From assembly GCA_013204395.1 (NCBI GenBank), contig JABMNZ010000017.1:2490-66489 (forward strand): a stretch of 64,000 bases of DNA, in the 5' to 3' direction. Position numbers and translations under genes: made by a program. Position 1 is the first letter of the stretch; every line of letters begins with the position of its first letter. Of this stretch, positions 40,138 through 49,266 are shown one piece after another. Below the pieces are notes generated by a model. The model saw nothing but the letters and a program-made list of their open reading frames with translations. It was not told the origin of the DNA and did not search any database. Origin of the DNA: Parcubacteria group bacterium. Its GTDB lineage: Bacteria > Patescibacteriota > Patescibacteriia > UBA9934 > GWF2-40-263.

Positions 40138-41079
40138 TCAACCCTTGATAATACCTTTTTTTGCGAATCGTTCTAAAAGTTGTTTGGCTAGAAAAATCGC
40201 ATAATCAATATCTTGATCTTCTGTCATTTCAAAATAACTAATATCTTGATTCCAATGCTCCATACTTTTCTCAACATATTGAACTTGTTTTTCAGGATCG
40301 TTTACGTCTTTAGGTTTAGTCCTCGTCATGTCCATGCGTACTTTCGATTTATAGATATGAATTGCAACAACATTTACATTTCCAATTTTGTAACCAATAT
40401 ATTGTTTTGTAGGTGCTTCTTCAAAACGAGAATCTAAAGATAGTAACTTATCTCGCAAAGAATCAAATAAATCGTGAGAGTTATTCCAATCAGATTTGAA
40501 ATGATCAGCTACGGTGTAGGTTTTCACCTCACGACTAACCTTACTCACAGTTTCATCTTTTGTAACTGTCTTTATTGATTCTGCTGTATGGATGGCTTTG
40601 ATCGGATTGTATGAAAATAAGCTGTTCTCATATTTTCGAACCTCCCACAATTCGATCGGTAAATCCTTGAAGTTTATTGCCTCGCGCTGATGTGTCGTGA
40701 AGCTGTGGGCAAGGAATAGAACACGTGATTGTGACCAATCTATATCGTCGCGTTTTAGACTGCCTTGCATCTGCTCGTTATACTCTAGGATAAAATCTGC
40801 CTTGTTATTGAGCATAAGTGCGAGGTATGCAAAACCTTGGTCTACTACACTAAAACTTTTGTCACGCTTGTACTCAATAATCACAAAAGCACTCGTCTCT
40901 GTATCGAATGCTAGCGTATCTATCCGGAGATTATTTAGTTGAAATTCTGTCGCAACGAACTTTAGGTTAAATACGGTTTCAATATTATTCTCCGTCAATT
41001 CTTGCAGATCTTTTTCAAGTCCAATCTTCAGCTCTCGGACAGTTTCTAAATTATTCTTTGATTGTTTAAATACAGGCAT
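40138..41079 (-). CDS. PD-(D/E)xK nuclease-like domain plus probable DUF5655 domain
   Basis: RIDTLAFD..FVIIEYKRD; C-terminal TKQYIGYK..HW. Confidence 0.7.
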   Translation of the reverse strand: MPVFKQSKNNLETVRELKIGLEKDLQELTENNIETVFNLKFVATEFQLNNLRIDTLAFDTETSAFVIIEYKRDKSFSVVDQGFAYLALMLNNKADFILEYNEQMQGSLKRDDIDWSQSRVLFLAHSFTTHQREAINFKDLPIELWEVRKYENSLFSYNPIKAIHTAESIKTVTKDETVSKVSREVKTYTVADHFKSDWNNSHDLFDSLRDKLLSLDSRFEEAPTKQYIGYKIGNVNVVAIHIYKSKVRMDMTRTKPKDVNDPEKQVQYVEKSMEHWNQDISYFEMTEDQDIDYAIFLAKQLLERFAKKGIIKG

Positions 41080-41172
41080 AGTATTCACATTATTGCAGAA
41101 AATACACTTACCCACAATGTGAAGTAACTAAAAACTCCTTATCAAAAGGAGTTTTTAGTCTGCGTGTAAAGT

Positions 41173-41748
41173 CTAAAATCCAAGACTTATCTTAGCTTCT
41201 TTGCTTCCAAAAAGTGATAGATCGCCAACGATCAAAGAAAATCCCTCAGCATCAGCTGGAACTTCGTACACATCTGCAAAGGTGAACGGTAAGTTTGGAT
41301 TGAGGTTTTCTAAAATAAAAAGCTGTTCAGCACCTAGGTTCTTAAAACTGCTTGATGAATTTGTAAATTCACGACCCTTATTATCGACAAGTTTTAGATT
41401 CGACGTCGACTTCATGTCACTTCCTAGATTTTCAACAGTTGCGTTTATGACAATAAATTTTCCTTGAGTCGTCTCTGATCCACCAAAGGCTCCAGAAAGT
41501 GATGTTTTAGAATAGGCGTCTGTGACAACCCATTTTACTTCTCCTACCGTTACTTCATCGTTCAATGAATAACTCACCGTTGCTTCGCTTTTGTTTGAGT
41601 CTCCTGATGAGCCTGTATTAGAAGTTGGACTGCTATCACCACCAATTGCACCGATGAAAATAAAGAAGATTATCACCGCACCGATACCAGTGAGAATCTT
41701 GTGTTTTGCGAACCAGTTTTTACTGGAGTCTCTTGAATCTTTGCTCAT
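41173..41748 (-). CDS. Membrane-anchored DUF4352-like protein
   Basis: TM helix, S/T linker, KFIVINATVEN..LVDNKGREF..YEVP. Confidence 0.7.
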   Translation of the reverse strand: MSKDSRDSSKNWFAKHKILTGIGAVIIFFIFIGAIGGDSSPTSNTGSSGDSNKSEATVSYSLNDEVTVGEVKWVVTDAYSKTSLSGAFGGSETTQGKFIVINATVENLGSDMKSTSNLKLVDNKGREFTNSSSSFKNLGAEQLFILENLNPNLPFTFADVYEVPADAEGFSLIVGDLSLFGSKEAKISLGF

Positions 41749-41791
41749 ATTTTTGCGTAGGGATTAATTGATATTGCTCAGGAACACAAAA

Positions 41792-41935
41792 GGCCTCCCT
41801 GAACTGACGGCAACAATCTTTCGAAAGCTACCCCGAGCCCTTGCGGAACTCGACCCTACGCAAATAGATGTCAGCCAAGAAGGCCGTCAATATTTGCGTA
41901 GGTGTTGCCATGCTCACAGGACGTGAGTTTAGGCA
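41792..41935 (-). ncRNA. Unassigned multi-stem structured leader RNA
   Basis: Perfect 12-bp inverted repeat 41855-41866/41891-41902, 7-bp ggcaaca/tgttgcc stem, GCAA tetraloop hairpin, and loop complementarity to downstream sequence. Confidence 0.55.
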
Positions 41936-42256
41936 ATTTGTATTGATATAGTAGCTTACAATCTTATTACCGTAAAGATATTCTGTGTACTGAAAGTTAA
42001 AAACAGGGAATGGGATTCGAACCGAGATTCTTCTCTCACCTTAGGGACGAAACAGGATTTTGGACAAAATGACCGACGGTGGGACTCGAACTTTTTCCGA
42101 ACCGAAAGCGACGAACAAGACGACGACGCACTCGAGTCTCGAACTTGAGCCGTGTGCGTTTTAAGTAACAAAGACGGGTAAAACAAAAGCACTCGACCGA
42201 AGTCGAGGCTCTGTGCAATCTGACGGACATGGGTCGCGTCAGAACTTTTTTGCTTT

Positions 42257-42331
42257 TGGCTCGGGGGGAGGGATTCGAACCCTCGACCCATTGGTTAACA
42301 GCCAATTGCTCTGCCGCTGAGCTACCCCCGA
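42257..42331 (-). tRNA. tRNA-Asn(GTT)
   Basis: Full cloverleaf, acceptor TCGGGGG/CCCCCGA, anticodon loop CTGTTAA, GGTTCGAATCC T-arm and encoded CCA. Confidence 0.97.
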
Positions 42332-42333
42332 TT

Positions 42334-42458
42334 GTAAACGGCTCAATATCGGTGACCTTTCAACTTCTCGCTCCGCTCTTCAGTCGAAGACCGTTTTAGG
42401 TCATCTCCTTCAGTGCTCGCTCGGGCGTTGAAATCTCATCCAATATTGAACCGTTTAC
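42334..42458 (-). repeat. Long imperfect inverted repeat (REP/MITE-like) just 5' of the tRNA
   Basis: gtaaacggctcaatatcgg ... ccaatattgaaccgtttac. Confidence 0.55.
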
Positions 42459-42543
42459 TGAATTCTCTAAGAGAACGAGACGAGTATAGCAAGGGGATTG
42501 GTCCTGTGCAAGACCTTCTGGGGAGAAATGATATACTTCTTTC

Positions 42544-43653
42544 ATGATCTCATTTGTGAAAAATTTTCTGCGTTTTCGCGCACTTAAGCGACTTTATGCT
42601 CGTCATGAGAGGTTGATGGTTCCTGGCATGCTTTTGATTGGTGTGTTGGTCGACGTGCTCACTTTTAGGACGATTAGCGTGAGTACAGCTTTCATTGTTC
42701 TGGGAGTGTATGCCGTTATAGCCGGTGTCATGATTGCCCTGATGCATTGGTATGACTCGGGGAAGAGGTTGATCGAGAAACCAACCGCTCTTGGGTATGT
42801 CCGCCTTGTTGCTCCTCTTATTGTTCAATTCACATTTGGTGCACTGCTGAGCGCGTCACTTATCTTCTATTGGTTCTCCGGCGCGTTTACTGTTTCATGG
42901 CCATTGATTTTGGCTCTGATAATTCTAATCGGTGCCAACGATGTTTTTCGAGAGCATTACCTTAAGCCCATAGTGCAGTTGAGTGTTTACTACTTCATTC
43001 TTTTCTCAGTTCTCTCGGTCGCGCTTCCGTTTGTTTACAATTCTGTTAGCCCATGGGCGTTTGGATCAGCTGGACTTGGAAGTCTATTATTGGTTGCGGT
43101 GTATGTCGCAATACTTTTTCGCCTGCGACCGGATCTCCGTCACTTACAACCACACCCAGCTATCCCGATCATGATCATTTTTGCAGTCATGAACGGCTTG
43201 TACTTTTTCAATGTCATTCCACCAATCCCACTTTCTCTGACAGACACAGGCATCTATCATTCTGTTGAACGTTCAGGTGGTGGTTATACGGTTCTTGCCG
43301 AGCAAGAATCTCTACTTGAGCAAATACTGCCAGGGCAGACGATTCACGCATATGCAGGTGAGCGCGTGTATGTGTATGCATCGATCTTTGCTCCAGTTGA
43401 TTTAGACACAACCGTTGTGCATCACTGGCAACACTATATAGATGGAGAAGGGTGGGTGAGTATCAATGCATCTTCATACGGAATTAGTGGTGGCCGCGCG
43501 GACGGTTACAGAGGCTATTCATATCTAACTGGCCACAGCCCCGGAAAGTGGCGAGTAGATGTCGAGACTGTCCGTGGGCAGGTGATCGGAAGAATAAGGT
43601 TCTCAATCGAAGAGACAGACGAGCCTGTTATAGTCAAAAATCTTACAAAGTAA
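42544..43653 (+). CDS. Membrane protein with C-terminal DUF2914 domain
   Basis: Multiple TM helices; IFAP..VVHHW..GGRADGYRGYS..GKWRVDV. Confidence 0.85.
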   Translation: MISFVKNFLRFRALKRLYARHERLMVPGMLLIGVLVDVLTFRTISVSTAFIVLGVYAVIAGVMIALMHWYDSGKRLIEKPTALGYVRLVAPLIVQFTFGALLSASLIFYWFSGAFTVSWPLILALIILIGANDVFREHYLKPIVQLSVYYFILFSVLSVALPFVYNSVSPWAFGSAGLGSLLLVAVYVAILFRLRPDLRHLQPHPAIPIMIIFAVMNGLYFFNVIPPIPLSLTDTGIYHSVERSGGGYTVLAEQESLLEQILPGQTIHAYAGERVYVYASIFAPVDLDTTVVHHWQHYIDGEGWVSINASSYGISGGRADGYRGYSYLTGHSPGKWRVDVETVRGQVIGRIRFSIEETDEPVIVKNLTK

Positions 43654-43704
43654 AAAGACTCCCGAGGGGGGAGTCAGTGGAACACCGCTTCGTCGCGGTG
43701 TTTT

Positions 43705-44874
43705 CTATCTGATCTCACGGAGGTTGCCGCCCCAGTGATGGGTCAGGCAGATCCAGGCGAGATCCTCGATCCAGCTAATGATCTGCAGTCGACCATTGTG
43801 TTGCATCCGACCGAACCCACCGTTTACCGGAAGCGGGATGGTGTCGGTGACGATGAGCTTGGAGATCGGACACCCAGCAGCGGTGAATCGCTCCTCAGCC
43901 TCTCCACAGAGAACGGCATGTGTTGCCGCACCCCATACATCTGCCGCTTCGTTGCCAGCAAGTGCCTTCAGCTCGTCCGTTCCACGAAGTACACGGGCGA
44001 ACTTCATCATTGAGCCAGCGGTGGCAATCTCGTCGTCGAACATGACGGCGATTCTTCCTCGAACCAGTCGAGGGTCGCCAACAATGCCGACGATCTTGGT
44101 CTCTGTTGCACTCAGACGTCGTTTGAGTGCCGTGACGTCAGGGAACGTGAGCCCCATCTCAAGCTCGATTGCACCACGTGCTGTATCAAAGCGCTTGCGT
44201 GCACTGTCGTCTGGGAAGACGAGACACAATCGTTCCGGATCCGGCACCAAAGAGATGACGTGCTTGAGCACGCGCCGAGTGAGGTACACAGGAGTGACCT
44301 GCCCAGGTCTTCCGACCATGGAGATCTGCTCGCTGTGCGGATCGACGCAGATCCACCGGTGCAGTCCAACGGCTCCACATGCTGCTTCTACCAGCGCCAT
44401 CAGCATGGGCGGCATGGTCAGCTCGGTGTCACCCTCGTCCTTGTCAGAGCGACACAGTGGGAAATAGCCGGTGATGAGCGTGATGCGAGCGGCGTGACGA
44501 CCTCCGACATACGAGAGCGTCCAGAAAAGGTCCATGAGCATCTGGTCCGTTCCGGGACCTGTGGTGATGACCATGACGTCGTGCTCGCGGACATGACGAC
44601 CACCGAGCCTTACGAACGTCTCTTTGCTGGGACGACGACTGAAGTCCGGGGTAGCGATGTCTACGGGCGTCAGTCTCTCGCCGGGTCGACGTCCGCGCTC
44701 TTCAATGAGCCTTGCGACGCTTTCTACCACGGGCTGAAAACTCGGAGTTCCAGGTACCAGGGAAAGTCCACCAACCCTGTTGAAGGGGGGGGCGCTTCCA
44801 TCTCTTGTACGCGCGGAGCCAAACGGACTCATCGCTCGACAGGCCCAGGATTCCTGTTGCCCGCTTGATTGCAT
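43705..44874 (-). CDS. Divergent ribose-phosphate pyrophosphokinase family protein, GC-rich; true start possibly 44923 across a G8 frameshift
   Basis: YFPLCRSDK, VDPHS, FPDD, DDEIATAGS, ATHAV and VTDTIP motifs. Confidence 0.8.
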   Translation of the reverse strand: MQSSGQQESWACRAMSPFGSARTRDGSAPPFNRVGGLSLVPGTPSFQPVVESVARLIEERGRRPGERLTPVDIATPDFSRRPSKETFVRLGGRHVREHDVMVITTGPGTDQMLMDLFWTLSYVGGRHAARITLITGYFPLCRSDKDEGDTELTMPPMLMALVEAACGAVGLHRWICVDPHSEQISMVGRPGQVTPVYLTRRVLKHVISLVPDPERLCLVFPDDSARKRFDTARGAIELEMGLTFPDVTALKRRLSATETKIVGIVGDPRLVRGRIAVMFDDEIATAGSMMKFARVLRGTDELKALAGNEAADVWGAATHAVLCGEAEERFTAAGCPISKLIVTDTIPLPVNGGFGRMQHNGRLQIISWIEDLAWICLTHHWGGNLREIR

Positions 44875-45077
44875 CTTTCAAGTGGGCTGGTATTCCATCG
44901 CGGCCAAAGGGCAGTCCGGTCATCGGGTCGTCTCCATCCTCATTATTGAGGAGCGAGTTAACCTAAGCAAAAAACAGCCCTATGTCAAGGCTGTTTTATC
45001 TGTTGGATTTTGGATTCCAGGTGTCTCGAGGTTGTTACATTCTGTGTGCCCAGGCTTCCTTTCTGTCTACTTCTTGT

Positions 45078-46187
45078 TCACGCCGCTGTCTCTCTTGATA
45101 GGGAAGGTAGTCCATACTCACCAATTCTATCAGTTTGCTCGATCTGTTCCCAGGGAGCTGCACTGTTTGTGAAGTGTCCGTGTGTACAATTTTCTTGATA
45201 GTGAGGGCTGCGCAGATCAAGCAGATCGATAATTGCTAGCGGACGAAAATCATATTTTGATAGAAGGTGATCGAGTGAGTTGTCGTCTTGATCTACAGCA
45301 CTCACCATGAGGGGCTCAGCACGGCCAATGGCATAGGCAACTGAAACGAGCACTTCCTCTGCAGCTCCGGAGGCGACAATTTGCTTTGCAACATAACGTG
45401 CCATGTAGGCGGCAGAGCGATCTACCTTGGTTGCATCTTTTCCAGAAAAGGCACCGCCACCATGGGGAATGACACCCCCATAGGTATCAACCATGATCTT
45501 TCTACCCGTAAGACCAGCGTCTGCTTCAAAACCACCGACAACGAAACTGCCTGATGGATTTATAATTAGATTCTTTGGTGGAGCAAGTCGATAGTGAGAA
45601 AGTACTGGGATAACTACATGCTTGACCAAGTCAGAACGGATTTGGTTAATACTGACATCCTCATCGTGTTGAACGCTGAGTAGAATTGTTTCTACCTGAC
45701 CGTCACGAACAGTGGCTTGGCTTTTTCCATCGGGTCGTAGCCATGGGATTATATTGTCATGCCTAACGCTATCCAGACGTCGTGTGAGGGCATGGGCAAC
45801 AGCTGTGGCGATCGGAAGTAATTCTGGTGTTTGGTTACATGCATAGCCATACATGATTCCTTGATCACCAGCACCACCATCATTTATACCAGCTGAAATT
45901 TCAGGAGACTGTTTCACAACTCGTTCAATCACATCGATTGGATCCTTATGTCCTATGTCGCTATAAACTTTTAGTGCCAGTGCAGTAAGATCCACTTCTG
46001 CGTTTGAAGTTATCTCACCACCGATAACCAACATGCCATGTGAGCCAAACGTTTCAACTGCAACTCTAGACTTAGGGTCCTGTGCTAGGTGGGCGTCAAG
46101 AATTGCGTCTGAGATTTGGTCACATACTTTGTCAGGGTGACCAGAGGTAACAGACTCGCATGTATAGACTGAGGGTAGGGTACTCAT
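45078..46187 (-). CDS. metK: S-adenosylmethionine synthetase
   Basis: ESVTSGHPDKVCD, GAGDQG and GGGAFSGKD motifs. Confidence 0.97.
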   Translation of the reverse strand: MSTLPSVYTCESVTSGHPDKVCDQISDAILDAHLAQDPKSRVAVETFGSHGMLVIGGEITSNAEVDLTALALKVYSDIGHKDPIDVIERVVKQSPEISAGINDGGAGDQGIMYGYACNQTPELLPIATAVAHALTRRLDSVRHDNIIPWLRPDGKSQATVRDGQVETILLSVQHDEDVSINQIRSDLVKHVVIPVLSHYRLAPPKNLIINPSGSFVVGGFEADAGLTGRKIMVDTYGGVIPHGGGAFSGKDATKVDRSAAYMARYVAKQIVASGAAEEVLVSVAYAIGRAEPLMVSAVDQDDNSLDHLLSKYDFRPLAIIDLLDLRSPHYQENCTHGHFTNSAAPWEQIEQTDRIGEYGLPSLSRETAA

Positions 46188-46237
46188 AGAGTTCTATGTT
46201 TAAAATAAAACGACATCTCGCAGGAGATGTTCATAAA

Positions 46238-46382
46238 GAATTATCGTTCCCGCTAAGGCCACGTAAAAACTCTTTCGAGTCACGTGGCAGGGCTGGATGG
46301 CGCACCCTTCGACAAGCTCATGGCCTGTCGGGGTTGCGGGTGGGTCATAGAGCCAGAACTCTCACCACACTCTTGATAGTTA
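46238..46382 (-). promoter_or_regulatory. SAM-I (S-box) riboswitch
   Basis: Minus strand reads ATCAAGAG..GAGAGTTCTGGCTCTATGA..GCAACC..GGTGC..TCCAGC..GATAA, directly upstream of metK. Confidence 0.88.
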
Positions 46383-46515
46383 AATTGTGAATGAAGAATA
46401 ACAGAAGTATTTTTGATTTACAATGGCATATCTGTGGATGAGTATTCGTTGCACCCTGCTCATCTCCTTTATTTGATACAATGATCCTATACATTCATTC
46501 AAACAAGAAAAAAAT

Positions 46516-46722
46516 ATGAAAAAAGTTCTTTTGGTAATGATTATGGTCGTCGCAGCGCTTGGCGCAGTGGTATTGTGGTCGGCGGTGGGAGTTTGGGATG
46601 TTGTGGATACAGGGCTTGGTGATGGAGCGAAAGAGGGCACCTCTTCCATAGAGATCCCTACAGTCAACCCAACAGAAAATACGAATCCAATCAGAGAAAG
46701 TTATACAAACCCGTTTGAATAA
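46516..46722 (+). CDS. Small membrane-anchored protein
   Basis: Signal/TM segment with C-terminal YTNPFE; overlaps the next gene. Confidence 0.6.
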   Translation: MKKVLLVMIMVVAALGAVVLWSAVGVWDVVDTGLGDGAKEGTSSIEIPTVNPTENTNPIRESYTNPFE

Positions 46723-48025
46723 AACTATGCGATATTTACCAATACTATTTATTACTCTAGGGCTGTCTTTATCATTTACCGCATATGCTGGGATAGATGA
46801 CATTGTTTTCCCAATTGACGCACTTGGTAGTTGTGAAAGTGAAGATGCTTGTTTTACTTATTGTGAGGATCCTGACAATTGGGATGCTTGCATTGCTTTT
46901 GCAGAAGAAAATGATTTGTTAGAGGAGAGTGAAGTTGAGGAGTATCACAAGATGGAGGCGTTGCTAGCGGAAGGTGGCCCAGGGGGTTGTTCTTCTGATG
47001 CTGAATGCGAAGCTTTTTGCACCGATGTCACTAACATGTCTGAATGCATCGCGTTTGCAGAGATTCATGACATGATGGACGATGGTGAACTTCATGAGGC
47101 TAAACAGGTTTTAGCGGCTCTTGATGCTGGATACCAAATGCCTGGTGGCTGTTCAAATGAGGTGAGCTGCGACGCGTATTGCAGCGATCCGTCTCACATG
47201 GATGAGTGTCTAACATTTGCGGAGGCTGCTGGGTTTATGAGTTCAGAGGAGATTGAAGAGATGCGTACAATGAAAGATGTGATGCTCTCGGGAGATACAC
47301 CCGGTGGATGTACTGATAGAGATAGTTGTGAGGAATATTGTGAAGATCCAGTAAACATGGATGAGTGCGTTGATTTTGCTATTCGTTCAGGATTCATGAC
47401 AGTAGGGGAGGCGGAGATGATGAAAGAACATGGCATGAGGGATCGTGGTGATTATGTCGGTCCTGGTGGATGTGTTGGAGATACGGAATGTAAAATATAC
47501 TGCAATCAACAGGAAAACATGGAGGAGTGCGCAGAATTTTTTGGAGATGATTTTACAGAACACGATGGAGGAGATGATGATTACCAGTCGCAGGGATATG
47601 AATTACATGGTGATGAAGATTCATTTGTTGGGCCTGGTGGATGTGTTGGAAAGGATGAGTGTAGTGTCTATTGTTTTGACCCAGTCAATATAGAGGAGTG
47701 CATGTTGTTTGCTGGGGGTATGATGTCTGGTGATGATTACGGTGAGCATGGTGATTCCGTTCTAAAAATAGGTGAGGATACAAAAGATGAATGGCACATG
47801 GACGTGGAGCTAGAGATTCATGAAGGGGAAATAATGTTAGGAGACGATCATGAAAAGTATTATGATTTGTCAGATATTGATATTGATCTTGACGCGGCAA
47901 TGGATCAGCTTAATGATTTCTATGATGGTCATTCATCAAATGATGCTGATGAATATGATAAGTATGATGACTATGAGGAGGATGATCGCGGGAACAATGA
48001 TGAAGACACACATGACGATAATTAA
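46715..48025 (+). CDS. Secreted Cys-rich repeat protein with acidic/His tail
   Basis: Signal peptide and six C-x5-C-x3-C-x8-C repeats, five preceded by PGG. Confidence 0.8.
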   Translation: MNKTMRYLPILFITLGLSLSFTAYAGIDDIVFPIDALGSCESEDACFTYCEDPDNWDACIAFAEENDLLEESEVEEYHKMEALLAEGGPGGCSSDAECEAFCTDVTNMSECIAFAEIHDMMDDGELHEAKQVLAALDAGYQMPGGCSNEVSCDAYCSDPSHMDECLTFAEAAGFMSSEEIEEMRTMKDVMLSGDTPGGCTDRDSCEEYCEDPVNMDECVDFAIRSGFMTVGEAEMMKEHGMRDRGDYVGPGGCVGDTECKIYCNQQENMEECAEFFGDDFTEHDGGDDDYQSQGYELHGDEDSFVGPGGCVGKDECSVYCFDPVNIEECMLFAGGMMSGDDYGEHGDSVLKIGEDTKDEWHMDVELEIHEGEIMLGDDHEKYYDLSDIDIDLDAAMDQLNDFYDGHSSNDADEYDKYDDYEEDDRGNNDEDTHDDN

Positions 48026-48048
48026 CCTTATGGAAAGATAGGGGTTAT

Positions 48049-48618
48049 ATGAAAAGGATATTGTTTATTACTTCGTTGATTATCGCACTTCCAGTTGCTT
48101 GGTACTTAATAGCACCAGTCTTTATTTCAACAGAGGTTGATGATGTTTCTCCGTTAACGGCCGTGGTTGATGTAGAAGAAAACAAACCTGAGTTTGATGA
48201 TGCCATGGACGACATGAATCAAGATGAACATGATTCTTTTGATGTCGCGGTTCAAGAAGTCCGGGAGATGGTTGTGGAAATAGAAGATCCTATGGACATG
48301 GAGAAGGGGCCGGAATTAATCGCGAGTGGTCTTTTTTTGCCACGGGCACATGAGGTCGAGGGGATTGCTTTGGTGATAGATACGGGTGAGGAAACAATTT
48401 TGCGCTTTGAGGATTTTGAAACGATCAATGGTCCCAATCTTCACATCTATCTCTCAAGCGACTTGGGGATTTCAGACGCTATCGATCTTGGTGAAATCAG
48501 GGCAACGAAAGGAAATGTGAACTATGAATTACCAGATGGGGTAGACTTAGAGAGATATAATAATGTCCTCGTCTGGTGTGAGCCATTTAAAGTGTTATTT
48601 AGTTACGTTGAATTATAG
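48049..48618 (+). CDS. DM13-domain protein
   Basis: GPNLHIYLS, GNVNYELP and VWCEPF motifs. Confidence 0.88.
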   Translation: MKRILFITSLIIALPVAWYLIAPVFISTEVDDVSPLTAVVDVEENKPEFDDAMDDMNQDEHDSFDVAVQEVREMVVEIEDPMDMEKGPELIASGLFLPRAHEVEGIALVIDTGEETILRFEDFETINGPNLHIYLSSDLGISDAIDLGEIRATKGNVNYELPDGVDLERYNNVLVWCEPFKVLFSYVEL

Positions 48619-48632
48619 TTGCTAGAGTTTAT

Positions 48633-49030
48633 ATGACCGATGAGCAAGACTGGGAAAAAAACTGACCCCGGAGCAATTCAAGGTTCTTAGAGAGAAGGGG
48701 ACGGAGCCACCGTTCAGCGGTGAGTTTTTAGATAACAACGCTGAAGGTATGTATCATTGTGCTGGTTGTGGTGCAGTTCTTTTTAAGAGCGATGGTAAGT
48801 ATGAATCAAATGCACCTGGTCTTGTTGGGTGGCCCAGCTTCTCGGAGGTGGCAAAAGATGGTGCAGTTGAGCTTCGAGATGATGATTCATTTGGCATGCA
48901 TCGCACTGAAGTTATTTGCAAGAACTGTGGAGGTCATTTAGGTCATTTATTTGACGATCAGGAATCAAAAACGGGAAAACACTTCTGTATTAATTCTTGT
49001 GCACTCGGGTTTAAAAAACAAGACGTATGA
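48633..49030 (+). CDS. msrB: Peptide-methionine (R)-S-oxide reductase, frameshifted at an A7 run
   Basis: GTEPPFSG, CAGC, GWPSF, GHLGHLF and CINS motifs. The N-terminus MTDEQDWEK lies in a different frame. Confidence 0.88.
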
Positions 49031-49263
49031 TCGAATTATATCAAAAGGAAGATTGCCCATTTTGTGCAAAAGTGCGCAGAAAGCTCGATGACCTTCAGTT
49101 AGATTGGATTTCACGCACTAGTCCTAAGGGGTCTCCACAGCGAGAGTTTCTTCTCAAGATTGGCGGGAAAGAAATGGTGCCATTCTTAGTTGATCAAGAT
49201 CATGGAACATCGATGTATGAGTCAGATGACATCATTGAGTATCTTGAAAAGACTTACGGTTAA
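49027..49263 (+). CDS. Glutaredoxin/GST-N-terminal domain protein
   Basis: CPFC, VPFLVD and YESDDI motifs. Confidence 0.88.
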   Translation: MIELYQKEDCPFCAKVRRKLDDLQLDWISRTSPKGSPQREFLLKIGGKEMVPFLVDQDHGTSMYESDDIIEYLEKTYG

Positions 49264-49266
49264 CCT

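Noticed and set aside
41905-41960. c-di-GMP-I riboswitch suggested by GCCUAAAC..AUGGC
   Set aside because: The upstream GGCAAA/GNRA P2 stem and GACGCAAAG core are missing.
30600-42331. Complete prophage integrated at tRNA-Asn
   Set aside because: No capsid, portal, tail or lysis genes recognised, and I found no duplicate of the tRNA-Asn 3' end at the left flank.
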